Assembly: GCA_963735595.1 (NCBI GenBank)
Contig: CAVTLK010000002.1
Span: 795,420 to 859,419, forward strand
Source: an uncultured delta proteobacterium
GTDB taxonomy: Bacteria > Desulfobacterota > Zymogenia > Zymogenales > Zymogenaceae
Reading direction: 5' to 3'
Length of the DNA stretch: 64,000 bases
Below the pieces are notes generated by a model. That model was not told the DNA's origin. It saw only the letters and a program-made list of their open reading frames with translations, and did no database searches. Each line of letters begins with the position of its first letter. Within the stretch, counting starts at the first letter, position 1. Positions 40,973 through 50,740 of this stretch are shown here, one piece after another. The position numbers were made by a program, and so were the translations under genes.

Positions 40973-42658
40973 CTACCCGTTGCTTTTTCGCTGACTAATC
41001 TTCTCGTTGAGGATGGTAATCTGCATGGCCAGCGAGGCCGCGTTGCAGAGGATCTGCACCTGGTCAAGGTTCTTGAAAGCGCTCCCCTGCTCACCGTCAT
41101 CGCAGTAGAGGACTGCCACCGTCTTCTCGTACACGCGAAACGGAATAATAAAGCAACTCATAGGGACGTAGCCCCCGAGAAACGAATTGATGACCTTTCC
41201 TTCGTCGGGCGAGAGTTTTCCCGTGTACATTTTGTTGAAGCCGAGGACGTCCTCAAAAGGCTTGAGCTCCGGAAAGCCGACGCAGTATTGGTCTTGCTTG
41301 CCGTTGTATTGGGGGATATTATCCCCGGGACTATTGCTGAACCCCCGGTAGAAGCAAAGCTCACCGCGCCTGGTCACGGCGATGAACCCCCGTTTTTGAT
41401 CGATCTTGAGAAAATCCACCAGTATATCGGCGATAAAGGCGAAACTCTGCTTTTTCGCCAACTCATGGGTGGTCTTCTTGAGATACGTCAGGTCAAAGAT
41501 GTCCCGCTCGATCTCCCTTTCGGCGTGGCCAAGCTCGAACTTTGCGTCCATCAGCTCGTTGATGAGCTGCTCACGGATAATAGCCAACTGCTCCTTTTCG
41601 TGGTGAATACGCTTGTTTCTCAGGAGGTTGCCCACGCAAAAGGAGAGCTCCTCGACAAACTGGTCAAGCCCCGTCCGGAGCATGTCGGAAGAGAGCCTGG
41701 CCTTCTCGGGCTTCTGGAGGTAGTAGCTCGATCCCATGAAAAGGGACTTGAGCCTGATTTCATAGTCCGCGATCGACGTACTGACGATAACCGGTATGTG
41801 CGGATAGCTCTGGTTGATCTCCGATAGAAGCTCCAGCCCCCCGTAGATTTCCGTCGGCGACGAGATGCCCGGCATAACGAGGTCCATGATCAGTATGGGC
41901 GAGACGCGGGTCGGTTCCATGGTCTTGATTCGGTCGAGTGCTTCCGTCGGATTGTCGAAACTCTCTACCCGGTAGCCGAAGTTTTTAAGACCGTCGGCGA
42001 AGATCGTGCGCATCAGCTTTTCGTCTTCGACGAGGATAACGATCTCCTGGGGGGCGAACGAGGAGATGCTCTTGGTAATGTTATCGATCGACTCTATGAT
42101 TTCATCCTTGATATCCCGATGATTATGTGCGGGGGCCTTTTCAGTCTCCTGCGGGACGGCGTCAACCGATAAGAAGTCGTCTTCAATCTTGGTGAACGAC
42201 TTACCGATGTCATCGAGAAACTTGTCGACGTCGATTGTCAGGTGCGTGTCCTGGTCTTTCTGGTCACCGGTCTCGAAACGGTATATGCCATCCCAGAAGA
42301 CCATCGTATAGAGGGCATCCTCCATCAGTTCCTGTAGTGTGTCGTTGAGCAGTTGTTCGCTGATGAATTTTTGCTGGACGAGTATCTGACCGATACGCAC
42401 GTTCTTGCCTTCGGTCTTCTGGTAGATTATGATCTTCCTGAGATCCTTTTCGGTGATATGGCCCTTATCGATAAGCCGCCTGCCGAGCCGCTCCCGGAAG
42501 GTTGGGGAATAGGCGTTAGTGACGACACCGTCTTTGAAATTGATGGTGCCGAATCCCTCCTGGGATTTAAGGGCTAAAACACCGGTCAGCTTTTCAGCCT
42601 TGACCTCGCGAAGGAGGTCGGAGAGCTTGTTTTTTTCGAGACTTCCGGAGAGTTTCAT
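40973..42658 (-). CDS. DUF4388-like + receiver + GAF-like signalling protein
   Basis: LSGSL...TGVL..FKDG; RLGRRLIDKGHI/RIGQILVQQKFI repeats; LVEDE..MDLVMP..LQKP; VAVLYCD. Confidence 0.75.
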   Translation of the reverse strand: MKLSGSLEKNKLSDLLREVKAEKLTGVLALKSQEGFGTINFKDGVVTNAYSPTFRERLGRRLIDKGHITEKDLRKIIIYQKTEGKNVRIGQILVQQKFISEQLLNDTLQELMEDALYTMVFWDGIYRFETGDQKDQDTHLTIDVDKFLDDIGKSFTKIEDDFLSVDAVPQETEKAPAHNHRDIKDEIIESIDNITKSISSFAPQEIVILVEDEKLMRTIFADGLKNFGYRVESFDNPTEALDRIKTMEPTRVSPILIMDLVMPGISSPTEIYGGLELLSEINQSYPHIPVIVSTSIADYEIRLKSLFMGSSYYLQKPEKARLSSDMLRTGLDQFVEELSFCVGNLLRNKRIHHEKEQLAIIREQLINELMDAKFELGHAEREIERDIFDLTYLKKTTHELAKKQSFAFIADILVDFLKIDQKRGFIAVTRRGELCFYRGFSNSPGDNIPQYNGKQDQYCVGFPELKPFEDVLGFNKMYTGKLSPDEGKVINSFLGGYVPMSCFIIPFRVYEKTVAVLYCDDGEQGSAFKNLDQVQILCNAASLAMQITILNEKISQRKSNG

Positions 42659-43055
42659 AATATCAGCCGGTAATAAACCAGCCTCCGATGTGTAGAGGAA
42701 ATTGAGCAGAAAACCTGCTAAAGAACATAGCGAAATTCAAACTCTGAATATTATAAAAGAGAAGAATTCGTAATGCAATAGGAAATTCCGCCCTATATAC
42801 TGTATACAATGATATATTGACACGTTACCTCGGAAAATAGCCATATGTGCAAATATTCTTCCTGCTGGATGCAGTGGAGCAGGTTTTTGACGCGTGAAAG
42901 CCAGGTCTCAAAAGCGGCCTGCCGTCTTTCCTGCTGCGAACCAGGCATAATGCGGAGTACCCTTTTGTTTTTGTATAGATTAAGGTATAATGAATAGCCA
43001 ACCTCGAGAGGATAGCGGGCGGGCACGTATACCCCTTATTTTGGGGATTTTTTTC

Positions 43056-43084
43056 TTGACAGGAAAATGTTGCGGTGATACAGT
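43056..43084 (+). promoter_or_regulatory. Sigma-70 promoter of the rnf operon
   Basis: TTGACA-17-TACAGT with an extended TG. Confidence 0.7.
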
Positions 43085-43093
43085 GCCGACGAG

Positions 43094-43111
43094 TGAATGA
43101 ATAATCATTCA
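43094..43111. promoter_or_regulatory. Palindromic operator (TetR/FadR-like) near the rnf transcription start
   Basis: TGAATGA-ATAA-TCATTCA, 9 nt after the -10 element. Confidence 0.7.
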
Positions 43112-43323
43112 TAGTCATCGGTAATCCGAATCGCAATAGTCGCTTTGCGGAGGGGGCAAGGCGCTTTTTTTAGGTAAGGCCGAGGGGATGGCAACGGGTG
43201 CGAGCACCTCATTCCCATTGAACCGGCCTCGAAACGGTGAAAAAAGACGGGTAGCCGATTGCCCGGGCGTGAAAACGGGGCAATCCGAAAACCCGTTCGA
43301 TAACCGGAGGCGGTTAAAAGACT

Positions 43324-43905
43324 ATGCGTGAGCTGATTCTGCTGATCATCAGCGCCGTCCTTGTCAACAACTTTGTACTGGCACGATTCCTGGGCATCTG
43401 CCCCTTTCTGGGTGTTTCAAAGAAGACCGAGACAGCGATCGGTATGGGGATGGCGGTCATCTTCGTGATGACGCTCTCGTCGCTGTTCACCTGGCTTTCC
43501 TACGCGTATCTACTGGTGCCGTATCATATCGAGTACCTCCAGACCATCGTCTTCATCCTGATTATCGCCGCCTTTGTCCAGCTCGTTGAGATGTTCATTA
43601 AGAAGGCCAGCCCCTCCCTCTATCAGGCCCTCGGGATATACCTTCCGCTCATCACGACGAACTGCGCGGTCCTGGGTGTGGCCGTTATCAATATTCAGGC
43701 AAGTTACAATTTCTGGGAATCGGTGCTCTTCGGGTTCGGGGCGGCCGTGGGCTTTGCATTGGCGCTCGTCCTTTTTTCGGGGATCAGGGAACGATTGGAG
43801 CTCTCCGATATCCCCAAACCCCTTCAGGGTACGGCTATCGCCCTGGTCACGGCGGGGCTCCTAGCCCTGGCGTTTATGGGATTTACCGGACTGGTTAAGA
43901 TGTGA
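43324..43905 (+). CDS. rnfA: Rnf complex subunit A
   Basis: [30 protein letters not shown]. Confidence 0.95.
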   Translation: MRELILLIISAVLVNNFVLARFLGICPFLGVSKKTETAIGMGMAVIFVMTLSSLFTWLSYAYLLVPYHIEYLQTIVFILIIAAFVQLVEMFIKKASPSLYQALGIYLPLITTNCAVLGVAVINIQASYNFWESVLFGFGAAVGFALALVLFSGIRERLELSDIPKPLQGTAIALVTAGLLALAFMGFTGLVKM

Positions 43906-43913
43906 CGTGACAA

Positions 43914-44942
43914 ATGATTGAGTCAATTATCGTCCTGGCGGGTCTCGGTCTCTTATCGGCGTTTGGCCTCGGGATTGCATCCCGGGCTTTTCACGTTGAT
44001 ACCGATCCGCGCGTTCAGACAATCGCCGACCTGCTGCCGGGCGCAAACTGCGGCGCTTGTGGATTCGCCGGCTGCGGCGGGCTGGCCAGCGCCATCGTCT
44101 CCGGCAACGGAAAGATCGAGGCATGCTCGGCGGTAAGCGATCAGAACCGCAAGGAGATCGCCTCTATCATGGGGGTGGAGGCCGGCGAGACCCTCAAGCG
44201 GGTCGCCGTTATTCACTGCAACTATCCAGCCGGCGGTGTCGGCAACAGGTTTGAGTATATCGGCGTCGCTGACTGCCGGGCGGCAAACCTCGTGTCGGGC
44301 GGGCCGAAAGGGTGCCTGTATGCCTGCATCGGGCTGGGAACCTGCAAAAACGTCTGCCCGTTTGACGCCGTGAGTATGAGCGATTCGGGTCTGCCCAGTA
44401 TTAGCCCCGAAAAATGCGTCGCCTGCGGAAAATGCGTGGAGGCCTGCCCGAAAAAGATCATCGATCTTGCCCCGGTTTCCCGCACGGTGCAGGTCCTCTG
44501 TTCCTCGCACGACAGGGGCGCCCAGGTCAAGAAGCTGTGCAGCGTCGGGTGTATCAACTGCATGCTGTGCCAGCGGATTTGCCCGTTTGAGGCGGTACAT
44601 GTGATCGACAACGTCGCCCGCATCGATTACGAGAAGTGCCGGGTATGCGGGCTCTGCGTCCGCGAGTGCCCCACCGGGTCGATAGCCAATCTGCGCGGCT
44701 GGGACCGGATTGCCGAAATTGGGGAGGCCTGCAACGGCTGCACCCTCTGCGCCCGGGTCTGCCCGGTCAACGCCATATCGGGAGGCCCGAAAGAGCGCCA
44801 CGTTGTTGACCCGGAGCGCTGTATCGGCTGCGGGATCTGCGTAGAACAATGCAAGCGTGACGCCATTACCCTTGTCAGGAAAAAGGCCGCGGTAAAAATA
44901 GCGGCCGGGGCAGCCGCAGCGGCCGGCGCCGCCGGAGTATAG
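43914..44942 (+). CDS. rnfB: Rnf complex subunit B, polyferredoxin type
   Basis: TM anchor, LPGANCGACGFAGC, six further Cys-cluster motifs. Confidence 0.95.
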   Translation: MIESIIVLAGLGLLSAFGLGIASRAFHVDTDPRVQTIADLLPGANCGACGFAGCGGLASAIVSGNGKIEACSAVSDQNRKEIASIMGVEAGETLKRVAVIHCNYPAGGVGNRFEYIGVADCRAANLVSGGPKGCLYACIGLGTCKNVCPFDAVSMSDSGLPSISPEKCVACGKCVEACPKKIIDLAPVSRTVQVLCSSHDRGAQVKKLCSVGCINCMLCQRICPFEAVHVIDNVARIDYEKCRVCGLCVRECPTGSIANLRGWDRIAEIGEACNGCTLCARVCPVNAISGGPKERHVVDPERCIGCGICVEQCKRDAITLVRKKAAVKIAAGAAAAAGAAGV

Positions 44943-44945
44943 TTG

Positions 44946-46283
44946 ATGGCATCGGATACAATCAAGATATATCGATTTAAAGGGGGGGTGCACCCCCCGG
45001 AAGAAAAGCTGACAAAATCGGAGCCGGTGCGCGTGATGCCGATTCCGAAAAAAGTTTTCATCCCTCTTTCCCAACACCTGGGCGCGCCCGCCAAACCCAT
45101 CGTTGCGGCCGGCGACCATGTCAAGGTCGGCACCAAGATCGCCGAGGCCGGCGGTTTTGTCTCGGCCGCGGTCCACGCCTCCATCTGTGGGGTCGTCAAG
45201 GGCATTGCCGATTACCCTAACGTGGCGGGCCGCACCCTCCCGGCCGTCGAGATCGAGGGCGACGGGACCGACCAGTGGGACGACGCGGTGAAGCCCCGTT
45301 CCGACGTGTCGAAGCTTACTCCCGCTCAGATCAAGGAGATCATCAAGGAAGCGGGCCTGGTGGGTATGGGGGGGGCCGCCTTTCCGACGCACGTCAAGCT
45401 CTCACCCCCCGAAGGAAAGCCGATCGACACCCTCATCATCAACGGGGCCGAGTGTGAGCCGTACCTGACCGCCGACCACCGGCTGATGCTGGACGCCCCG
45501 GATCACATCGTCGGCGGGGCCGGGCTCATGGGGAAGGTCCTCGGTGTCAGCCGGATACTCATCGCCGTCGAGAATAACAAGATGGACGCGGTGGACGAGC
45601 TGAAAAAGGCCGTACACAACGATGCCATCACGGTGGTGGCCCTAAAAGTAAAATATCCCCAGGGTGCGGAAAAACAGCTCATCAAGGCGCTGCTCGACCG
45701 CAGCGTCCCCTCCGGCGGCTTGCCCATGGACGTTAAGGTGGTGGTCCAGAACGTGGGGACGGCCAATGCGCTATACGAGGCGGCGGCCGAAAACCGGCCC
45801 CTGGTCTCCCGTTATACGACCGTCACCGGCCCCGGCATCAAGAATCCCGCAAACCTGGTGCTGCGTATCGGCACCCCCGTCTCGGAGGTCATCGAGTACT
45901 GCGGGGGTCTTACCGGAGACGTCAAAAAGGTCATCCTCGGCGGGCCGATGATGGGTATTGCCGTTTGGGACTTTTCCGTCCCCGTCACCAAGGGTACGTC
46001 GGGCATCCTGGCGCTGACGGAAGCATCCCTCGATACGAATCACGAAGGGCCGTGCCTGCGCTGCGGCAACTGCGTGCGGGTTTGCCCCATGGGTCTGGTT
46101 CCGCTCATGTTCGCGCGCAACACCCAGCTCGGGGCGTTCGACCGGGCCGAGGAATTCAACGTCATGGACTGCATCGAATGCGGCTGCTGCGCGTATGAAT
46201 GCCCCGCCCATATACCGCTCGTCCACCTGGCCAAATACGCCAAGGCCGAGATCCAGGCACGGAGGAGGAAAGCCCAGGGATGA
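44946..46283 (+). CDS. rnfC: Rnf complex subunit C
   Basis: FKGGVHP, GMGGAAFPTHVK, NGAECEPYLTAD, CLRCGNC, CIECGCC. Confidence 0.97.
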   Translation: MASDTIKIYRFKGGVHPPEEKLTKSEPVRVMPIPKKVFIPLSQHLGAPAKPIVAAGDHVKVGTKIAEAGGFVSAAVHASICGVVKGIADYPNVAGRTLPAVEIEGDGTDQWDDAVKPRSDVSKLTPAQIKEIIKEAGLVGMGGAAFPTHVKLSPPEGKPIDTLIINGAECEPYLTADHRLMLDAPDHIVGGAGLMGKVLGVSRILIAVENNKMDAVDELKKAVHNDAITVVALKVKYPQGAEKQLIKALLDRSVPSGGLPMDVKVVVQNVGTANALYEAAAENRPLVSRYTTVTGPGIKNPANLVLRIGTPVSEVIEYCGGLTGDVKKVILGGPMMGIAVWDFSVPVTKGTSGILALTEASLDTNHEGPCLRCGNCVRVCPMGLVPLMFARNTQLGAFDRAEEFNVMDCIECGCCAYECPAHIPLVHLAKYAKAEIQARRRKAQG

Positions 46284-47275
46284 AAGAGACCTATCTCCTG
46301 ACGACATCGCCCCACATCCATAATGCCGAGTCGATCCCCCGGGTCATGTATTCGGTGGTCATTGCGCTGATTCCGGCGATCCTGGTATCGATTTACTACT
46401 TTGGCCTGTCGGCCCTCATGATTTACGCGATCTCGATCGTCTCCTGTCTTGTCTTCGAGGCGGCCGCCCAGAAGGTAATGGGCCGGCCTATCACGATCGG
46501 TGACGGGAGCATCCTGATTACCGCGATCCTCCTTGCCATGAACATCCCCTCCACGGTGCCCTGGTGGCTGGTGGTGATCGGCGCGCTGGTAGCCGTTGTA
46601 TTGGGAAAACAGATTTACGGAGGCCTGGGCCACAATCCCTTTAACCCGGTGCTCGTGGCGCGGATACTGCTGCTCATGTCATTCCCGATTCAGATGACCG
46701 CGTGGGTAAAGCCCGTCCCCCTCTTTTCGGGGGTGGACGCCGTCTCGATGGCGACTCCCCTCGGCGACATGAAGACGACGCTTATGATGAAGGGCGCCAT
46801 CGATATGTCGCAATTTAACTATTTAGACTCGTTTGTCGGGTTCGTGGGGGGGAGCCTCGGAGAGACCTCGGTCCTGGCTCTGCTGGCGGGGGGGATATTC
46901 CTCCTGGCGCGGCGCGTTATAACCTGGCAAATCCCGACGGCGTTTATCGGCACGGTCTTCGCGATGACCGGCATATTCTGGCTCATAGACCCGACGAGCT
47001 ACGCCAACCCCGTCTTTCACATCCTGTCGGGGGGGTTGATGCTCGGTGCCCTGTTCATGGCAACCGACATGGTCACGTCCCCCGTCTACCCAAGGGGGAT
47101 GCTGGCATTCGGTATCGGGTGCGGCGTTATTACGGTAATCATCCGCCTCTTCGGGGGGTATCCCGAGGGAGTAGCGTTTTCCATCCTCCTGATGAACGCC
47201 GCCACCCCGCTCATCGACCGCTATACCGCGCCGAAGAAATTCGGCTTGATCGCACTTGACGAGGCTGCCAAATGA
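46280..47275 (+). CDS. rnfD: Rnf complex subunit D
   Basis: SPHIH, GGLGHNPFNP, SMAT FMN site, GSLGETS, FMATDMVTSP. Confidence 0.97.
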   Translation: MKETYLLTTSPHIHNAESIPRVMYSVVIALIPAILVSIYYFGLSALMIYAISIVSCLVFEAAAQKVMGRPITIGDGSILITAILLAMNIPSTVPWWLVVIGALVAVVLGKQIYGGLGHNPFNPVLVARILLLMSFPIQMTAWVKPVPLFSGVDAVSMATPLGDMKTTLMMKGAIDMSQFNYLDSFVGFVGGSLGETSVLALLAGGIFLLARRVITWQIPTAFIGTVFAMTGIFWLIDPTSYANPVFHILSGGLMLGALFMATDMVTSPVYPRGMLAFGIGCGVITVIIRLFGGYPEGVAFSILLMNAATPLIDRYTAPKKFGLIALDEAAK

Positions 47276-47889
47276 AGGAGATCGCACGGCTTGTTATTGT
47301 CCTGACCATCATCTGCGCTGTGGCGGCGGCGTCCCTCTCGGCGGTCTACACCGTGACCAAAGACCCGATTGCAAAGGCGGCCCGTGAAGAAAAGCTCTCG
47401 GCCATGAGGCAGATTACTCCCGGCTTTGACAACGAGCCGGACATAGAAACGGTGTCGCTTCCCAACGGAAAAGACGATAAGGGCAACGACATGACCCGGA
47501 CCTACTATATCGCCCGGAAGGGGGAGGATGTCATCGGTGTGCTGTTCGAAACCTCGTCGTCGGCCGGCTACGGCGGGACGATAACGGTAATCGTGGGTGT
47601 TACCCCCGAGGGTACGGTTACGGGTGTGGTGGTCCTGAAACATTCGGAGACCCCCGGACTCGGGACAAAGGTCACCATCCCCGCATGGCTGGCGAAATTT
47701 ACCGGCAGGACCCTCGAGAACACGAAATGGGCCGTCACGAAGGACGGGGGCGATATCGACTACACGTCGGGCGCCACGATCTCCCCGCGGGCGGTGGTCG
47801 CCGCCGTCAAGGAAGGACTTGAAAGTTTTACCTCCCACAGGGAGGAGATCCTCGCCGAGGCGGGCAAATTCATTACCACGATGAAATAG
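47272..47889 (+). CDS. rnfG: Rnf complex subunit G
   Basis: GYGGTI, ETPGLG, SGAT FMN site. Confidence 0.95.
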   Translation: MKEIARLVIVLTIICAVAAASLSAVYTVTKDPIAKAAREEKLSAMRQITPGFDNEPDIETVSLPNGKDDKGNDMTRTYYIARKGEDVIGVLFETSSSAGYGGTITVIVGVTPEGTVTGVVVLKHSETPGLGTKVTIPAWLAKFTGRTLENTKWAVTKDGGDIDYTSGATISPRAVVAAVKEGLESFTSHREEILAEAGKFITTMK

Positions 47890-47907
47890 GACTCATAAGG
47901 TCGTATC

Positions 47908-48510
47908 ATGGTTGACATCAAAGATTTTACCAAGGGGATTTGGTCCGAGAACCCGATCTTCAGGATCGTGCTGGGAATGTGTCCTACCCTTGCGGTGACT
48001 ACCGCCGCCGAGAACGGCGTGGGAATGGGATTGGCGACCACGTTCGTCCTTGTTTGCTCCAACATCGTGGTGTCCGGCGTGCGAAAGACCATCCCCGACA
48101 AGGTCCGGCTTCCGGCGTTTATCGTCATCATCGCGTCATTTGTGACCATTGTCGATCTCGTGATGAACGGGTTTTTCCACGAGCTTCACAAAGTTCTCGG
48201 CATCTTTATCCCCCTGATCGTGGTCAATTGCATTATTCTCGGCCGGGCCGAAGCGTTTGCCTCAAAGAACCCGATCTCATCTTCGGCCCTCGACGGGCTG
48301 GGGATGGGTGTCGGCTTTACGCTTTCCCTGGTAGTCCTGGGAAGCATCCGGGAGGCCCTCGGCAACGGCACCATCTTCGGGGTCTCGCTGTTCGGGCAGG
48401 GATTCGTCCCGGCGCTCATCATGATCCTTCCCCCCGGCGCGTTTGTCACCCTCGGGCTGCTGCTGGGGCTCATGAACAAGATCGAGCAGTCAAGAGGCGC
48501 CAAAGCCTGA
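47908..48510 (+). CDS. rnfE: Rnf complex subunit E
   Basis: ENPIFRIVLGMCPTLAVT, FIPLIVVNCIILGRAEAFA. Confidence 0.97.
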   Translation: MVDIKDFTKGIWSENPIFRIVLGMCPTLAVTTAAENGVGMGLATTFVLVCSNIVVSGVRKTIPDKVRLPAFIVIIASFVTIVDLVMNGFFHELHKVLGIFIPLIVVNCIILGRAEAFASKNPISSSALDGLGMGVGFTLSLVVLGSIREALGNGTIFGVSLFGQGFVPALIMILPPGAFVTLGLLLGLMNKIEQSRGAKA

Positions 48511-48550
48511 GGAGGACTGTCCATCGTGCTGGGATCGGATAGCGGCGGGC

Positions 48551-48579
48551 AAAAAAAAGGGATACCCACGCGGTATCCC
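48551..48579 (-). terminator. Minus-strand intrinsic terminator with no adjacent minus-strand gene
   Basis: On the minus strand: gggatacc-gcgtg-ggtatccc followed by T8. Confidence 0.7.
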
Positions 48580-48794
48580 AATAAAGGAGGTAATTGTATG
48601 TTCCGCTTCCTTTATACCACCGTAGAATTAGATTAGTCTTAAACCAGTATTAAAATACGATTAAACCATTAGAACCGAACCGGCCTGCCCGGCCCATACA
48701 ACACCCGGACATCCGACTCCTCCCTGCCGGGCTTCACGCGTAAATGTAAGGATAGCGTCTTCTTTCTCTTCACCTGTCGAGCGATGATCATACC

Positions 48795-49247
48795 GTGAAA
48801 CGAGCGGCCATTACCATACGGATAAAGCGGGTCGACGGCTACGAGGGCGAGCTTCCCCACCCGGCCAGCCACGGCTCGGCGGGACTGGATCTTGCGGCGC
48901 ACCTGAGCGGACCGCTCACGATCGAGCCCGGCGGCAGGCTTCTTATCCCCACGGGAATCGCCGTGGGCATCCCCGCCGGCTTCGAGGGGCAGGTTCGTCC
49001 GCGCAGCGGCCTCGCCGTCCGCCACGGGGTGACGGTCCTCAACAGCCCCGGCACCATCGACAGCGACTATCGGGGTCAGGTGCAGGTAATCCTGATAAAC
49101 CTGGGTAAAGATCCGTTTGTCGTCAATCCGGGGGACCGGATCGCGCAGCTGATCGTCGCGCCGGTTGCGGCAGTCCAGTGGGAGGAGACAGATGTCCTCC
49201 CGGAAACCGGAAGGGGCCACGGGGGATTCGGCCACTCGGGCCGGTAG
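48795..49247 (+). CDS. dut: dUTP diphosphatase
   Basis: GSAGLDL, RPRSGLA, GTIDSDYRG, GDRIAQL, RGHGGFGHSG. Confidence 0.97.
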   Translation: MKRAAITIRIKRVDGYEGELPHPASHGSAGLDLAAHLSGPLTIEPGGRLLIPTGIAVGIPAGFEGQVRPRSGLAVRHGVTVLNSPGTIDSDYRGQVQVILINLGKDPFVVNPGDRIAQLIVAPVAAVQWEETDVLPETGRGHGGFGHSGR

Positions 49248-49382
49248 ACAAACGGTGTTAAGAGCGGCCGTGACGGCCGTTGGCAGGGAAAACGGGGAAG
49301 ACGCGTATTATCTATCCGGGTATTGGACAAGACGCCCAGACGGCCGCGGCAAACGCGAAATATCCAGACGATTCAATCAGGG

Positions 49383-50156
49383 CTACCGCTCGAAGAACTC
49401 GAGCACGGTCTTTGCCACCAGCTCCTTTTCCACGTCAGCCGTGATGGTATGATACGACCGCTCAAGAATCACCTTTTCCTTGACCGTCGATGAAACCTCG
49501 TCGCAGATAATATCGGCGCTGTGCGGGTCTACGACGGTATCGGCCGCCGACTGCATGACCAGAAGCGGCGCATCGATCCGGGGAAGTCCGCGCCGAACCC
49601 GCTTCATGAAACGGATCAGTGATGCCGCCGCGACAACCGAATCCCGGTCGTAGCAGACGTGGGTGCGCCCGCCGGGCAGCGCTACGTCGTCAATGGCCTT
49701 GGGCAGATCGGGCACCAGGTATTTCAGCCCCGTCACGTCGGCGACCGGCAGGAGGCAACGCGCCTTCCAGTCACGAAACCGCATCGGTGCAGCCAGGGCC
49801 GCACCGCCGCCGATACGTCCGAATTTATTGGCCATCAGCCAGAGGGCGATAAGCCCCCCCATCGATAACCCCGCGATGAAGACCTTCTCGAAGTGGGCCG
49901 AGAGCGACAGGAAATCGATCTCCGCCCGGCCAAACCAGTCGCGCCACGTCGTCTTGTTCAGGTCTTTGATGTCGGTCCCGTGGCCGGGCAGGAGAGGCGC
50001 ACGGACGTGATAGCCGGCCCGGTTGAGGTAGTCACCGAGGAAACGCATCTCCGAGGGGGTTCCGGTCAGTCCGTGAAGCAAAAGGACGGCCTTGGCGGTA
50101 CCGGAAAGCTCGAACGGCTCGGCACCGGGCATGAGACGGGGGGGCGGTTGTATCAT
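49383..50156 (-). CDS. Carboxylesterase (alpha/beta hydrolase)
   Basis: LLHGLTG, LPGHG, GLSMGG, DTVV, SYH. Confidence 0.9.
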   Translation of the reverse strand: MIQPPPRLMPGAEPFELSGTAKAVLLLHGLTGTPSEMRFLGDYLNRAGYHVRAPLLPGHGTDIKDLNKTTWRDWFGRAEIDFLSLSAHFEKVFIAGLSMGGLIALWLMANKFGRIGGGAALAAPMRFRDWKARCLLPVADVTGLKYLVPDLPKAIDDVALPGGRTHVCYDRDSVVAAASLIRFMKRVRRGLPRIDAPLLVMQSAADTVVDPHSADIICDEVSSTVKEKVILERSYHTITADVEKELVAKTVLEFFER

Positions 50157-50169
50157 CGTTTCCTCGTGG

Positions 50170-50709
50170 TCAGGTCAAGAGTAATGATCCATTCGGGGCG
50201 GCTTTGTAGCCGGGGGGCAAAAGCGGCTCACCGTGTGGGCCTTCGAGAAGCGTGATCCGGTTATTACCGACCGGGCGGGCCTTGTCCCAGTCAAGGACGC
50301 AGATGACCGGCCTCAGGGAAAACCAGCCGCCGGTTGCCGCCAGCGGCGGGCATAACCCGGAGAGCGCCCCGGCGAGATCGGCGTGGAGCACCACCAACAG
50401 CCCCTCGCAGGGGTAGTCGGCCAGCGCGCCAAAGAGCTGATCCGGCCCCATCGGGTCCCGGGCCGCCATCAGCCGCGGATCGGTATCGAGCCGCCGGAGT
50501 TTCTCGTCCGCGAGCGTCGTCAGTATCTCGAGCGCAGTCTGTACGCAGCGGACCGCCGGAGAAGAGACCGCCTTTCTTGCGCGCCACGCCGGTCTCATGA
50601 TCTCGCCGATCCTTTCGGCCGCCTTGCCGGCAGATGACACCCCGGCGGGGGTCAACGGCCGGGGCGGAAGCTCCGACGCCTCGGCATGGGTGACCAGCAC
50701 AATCCTCAT
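50170..50709 (-). CDS. Divergent SixA-like histidine phosphatase fold protein
   Basis: IVLVTHAEA (RH motif altered), RPLTPAG, SSPAVRCVQTA, LVVLH. Confidence 0.65.
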   Translation of the reverse strand: MRIVLVTHAEASELPPRPLTPAGVSSAGKAAERIGEIMRPAWRARKAVSSPAVRCVQTALEILTTLADEKLRRLDTDPRLMAARDPMGPDQLFGALADYPCEGLLVVLHADLAGALSGLCPPLAATGGWFSLRPVICVLDWDKARPVGNNRITLLEGPHGEPLLPPGYKAAPNGSLLLT

Positions 50710-50740
50710 GGTCGATCTCATACCAACGGTAGAGCGAAGC

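Noticed and set aside
43120..43320. Riboswitch in the rnf leader
   Set aside because: Hairpins are present, but I could not match a known aptamer consensus.
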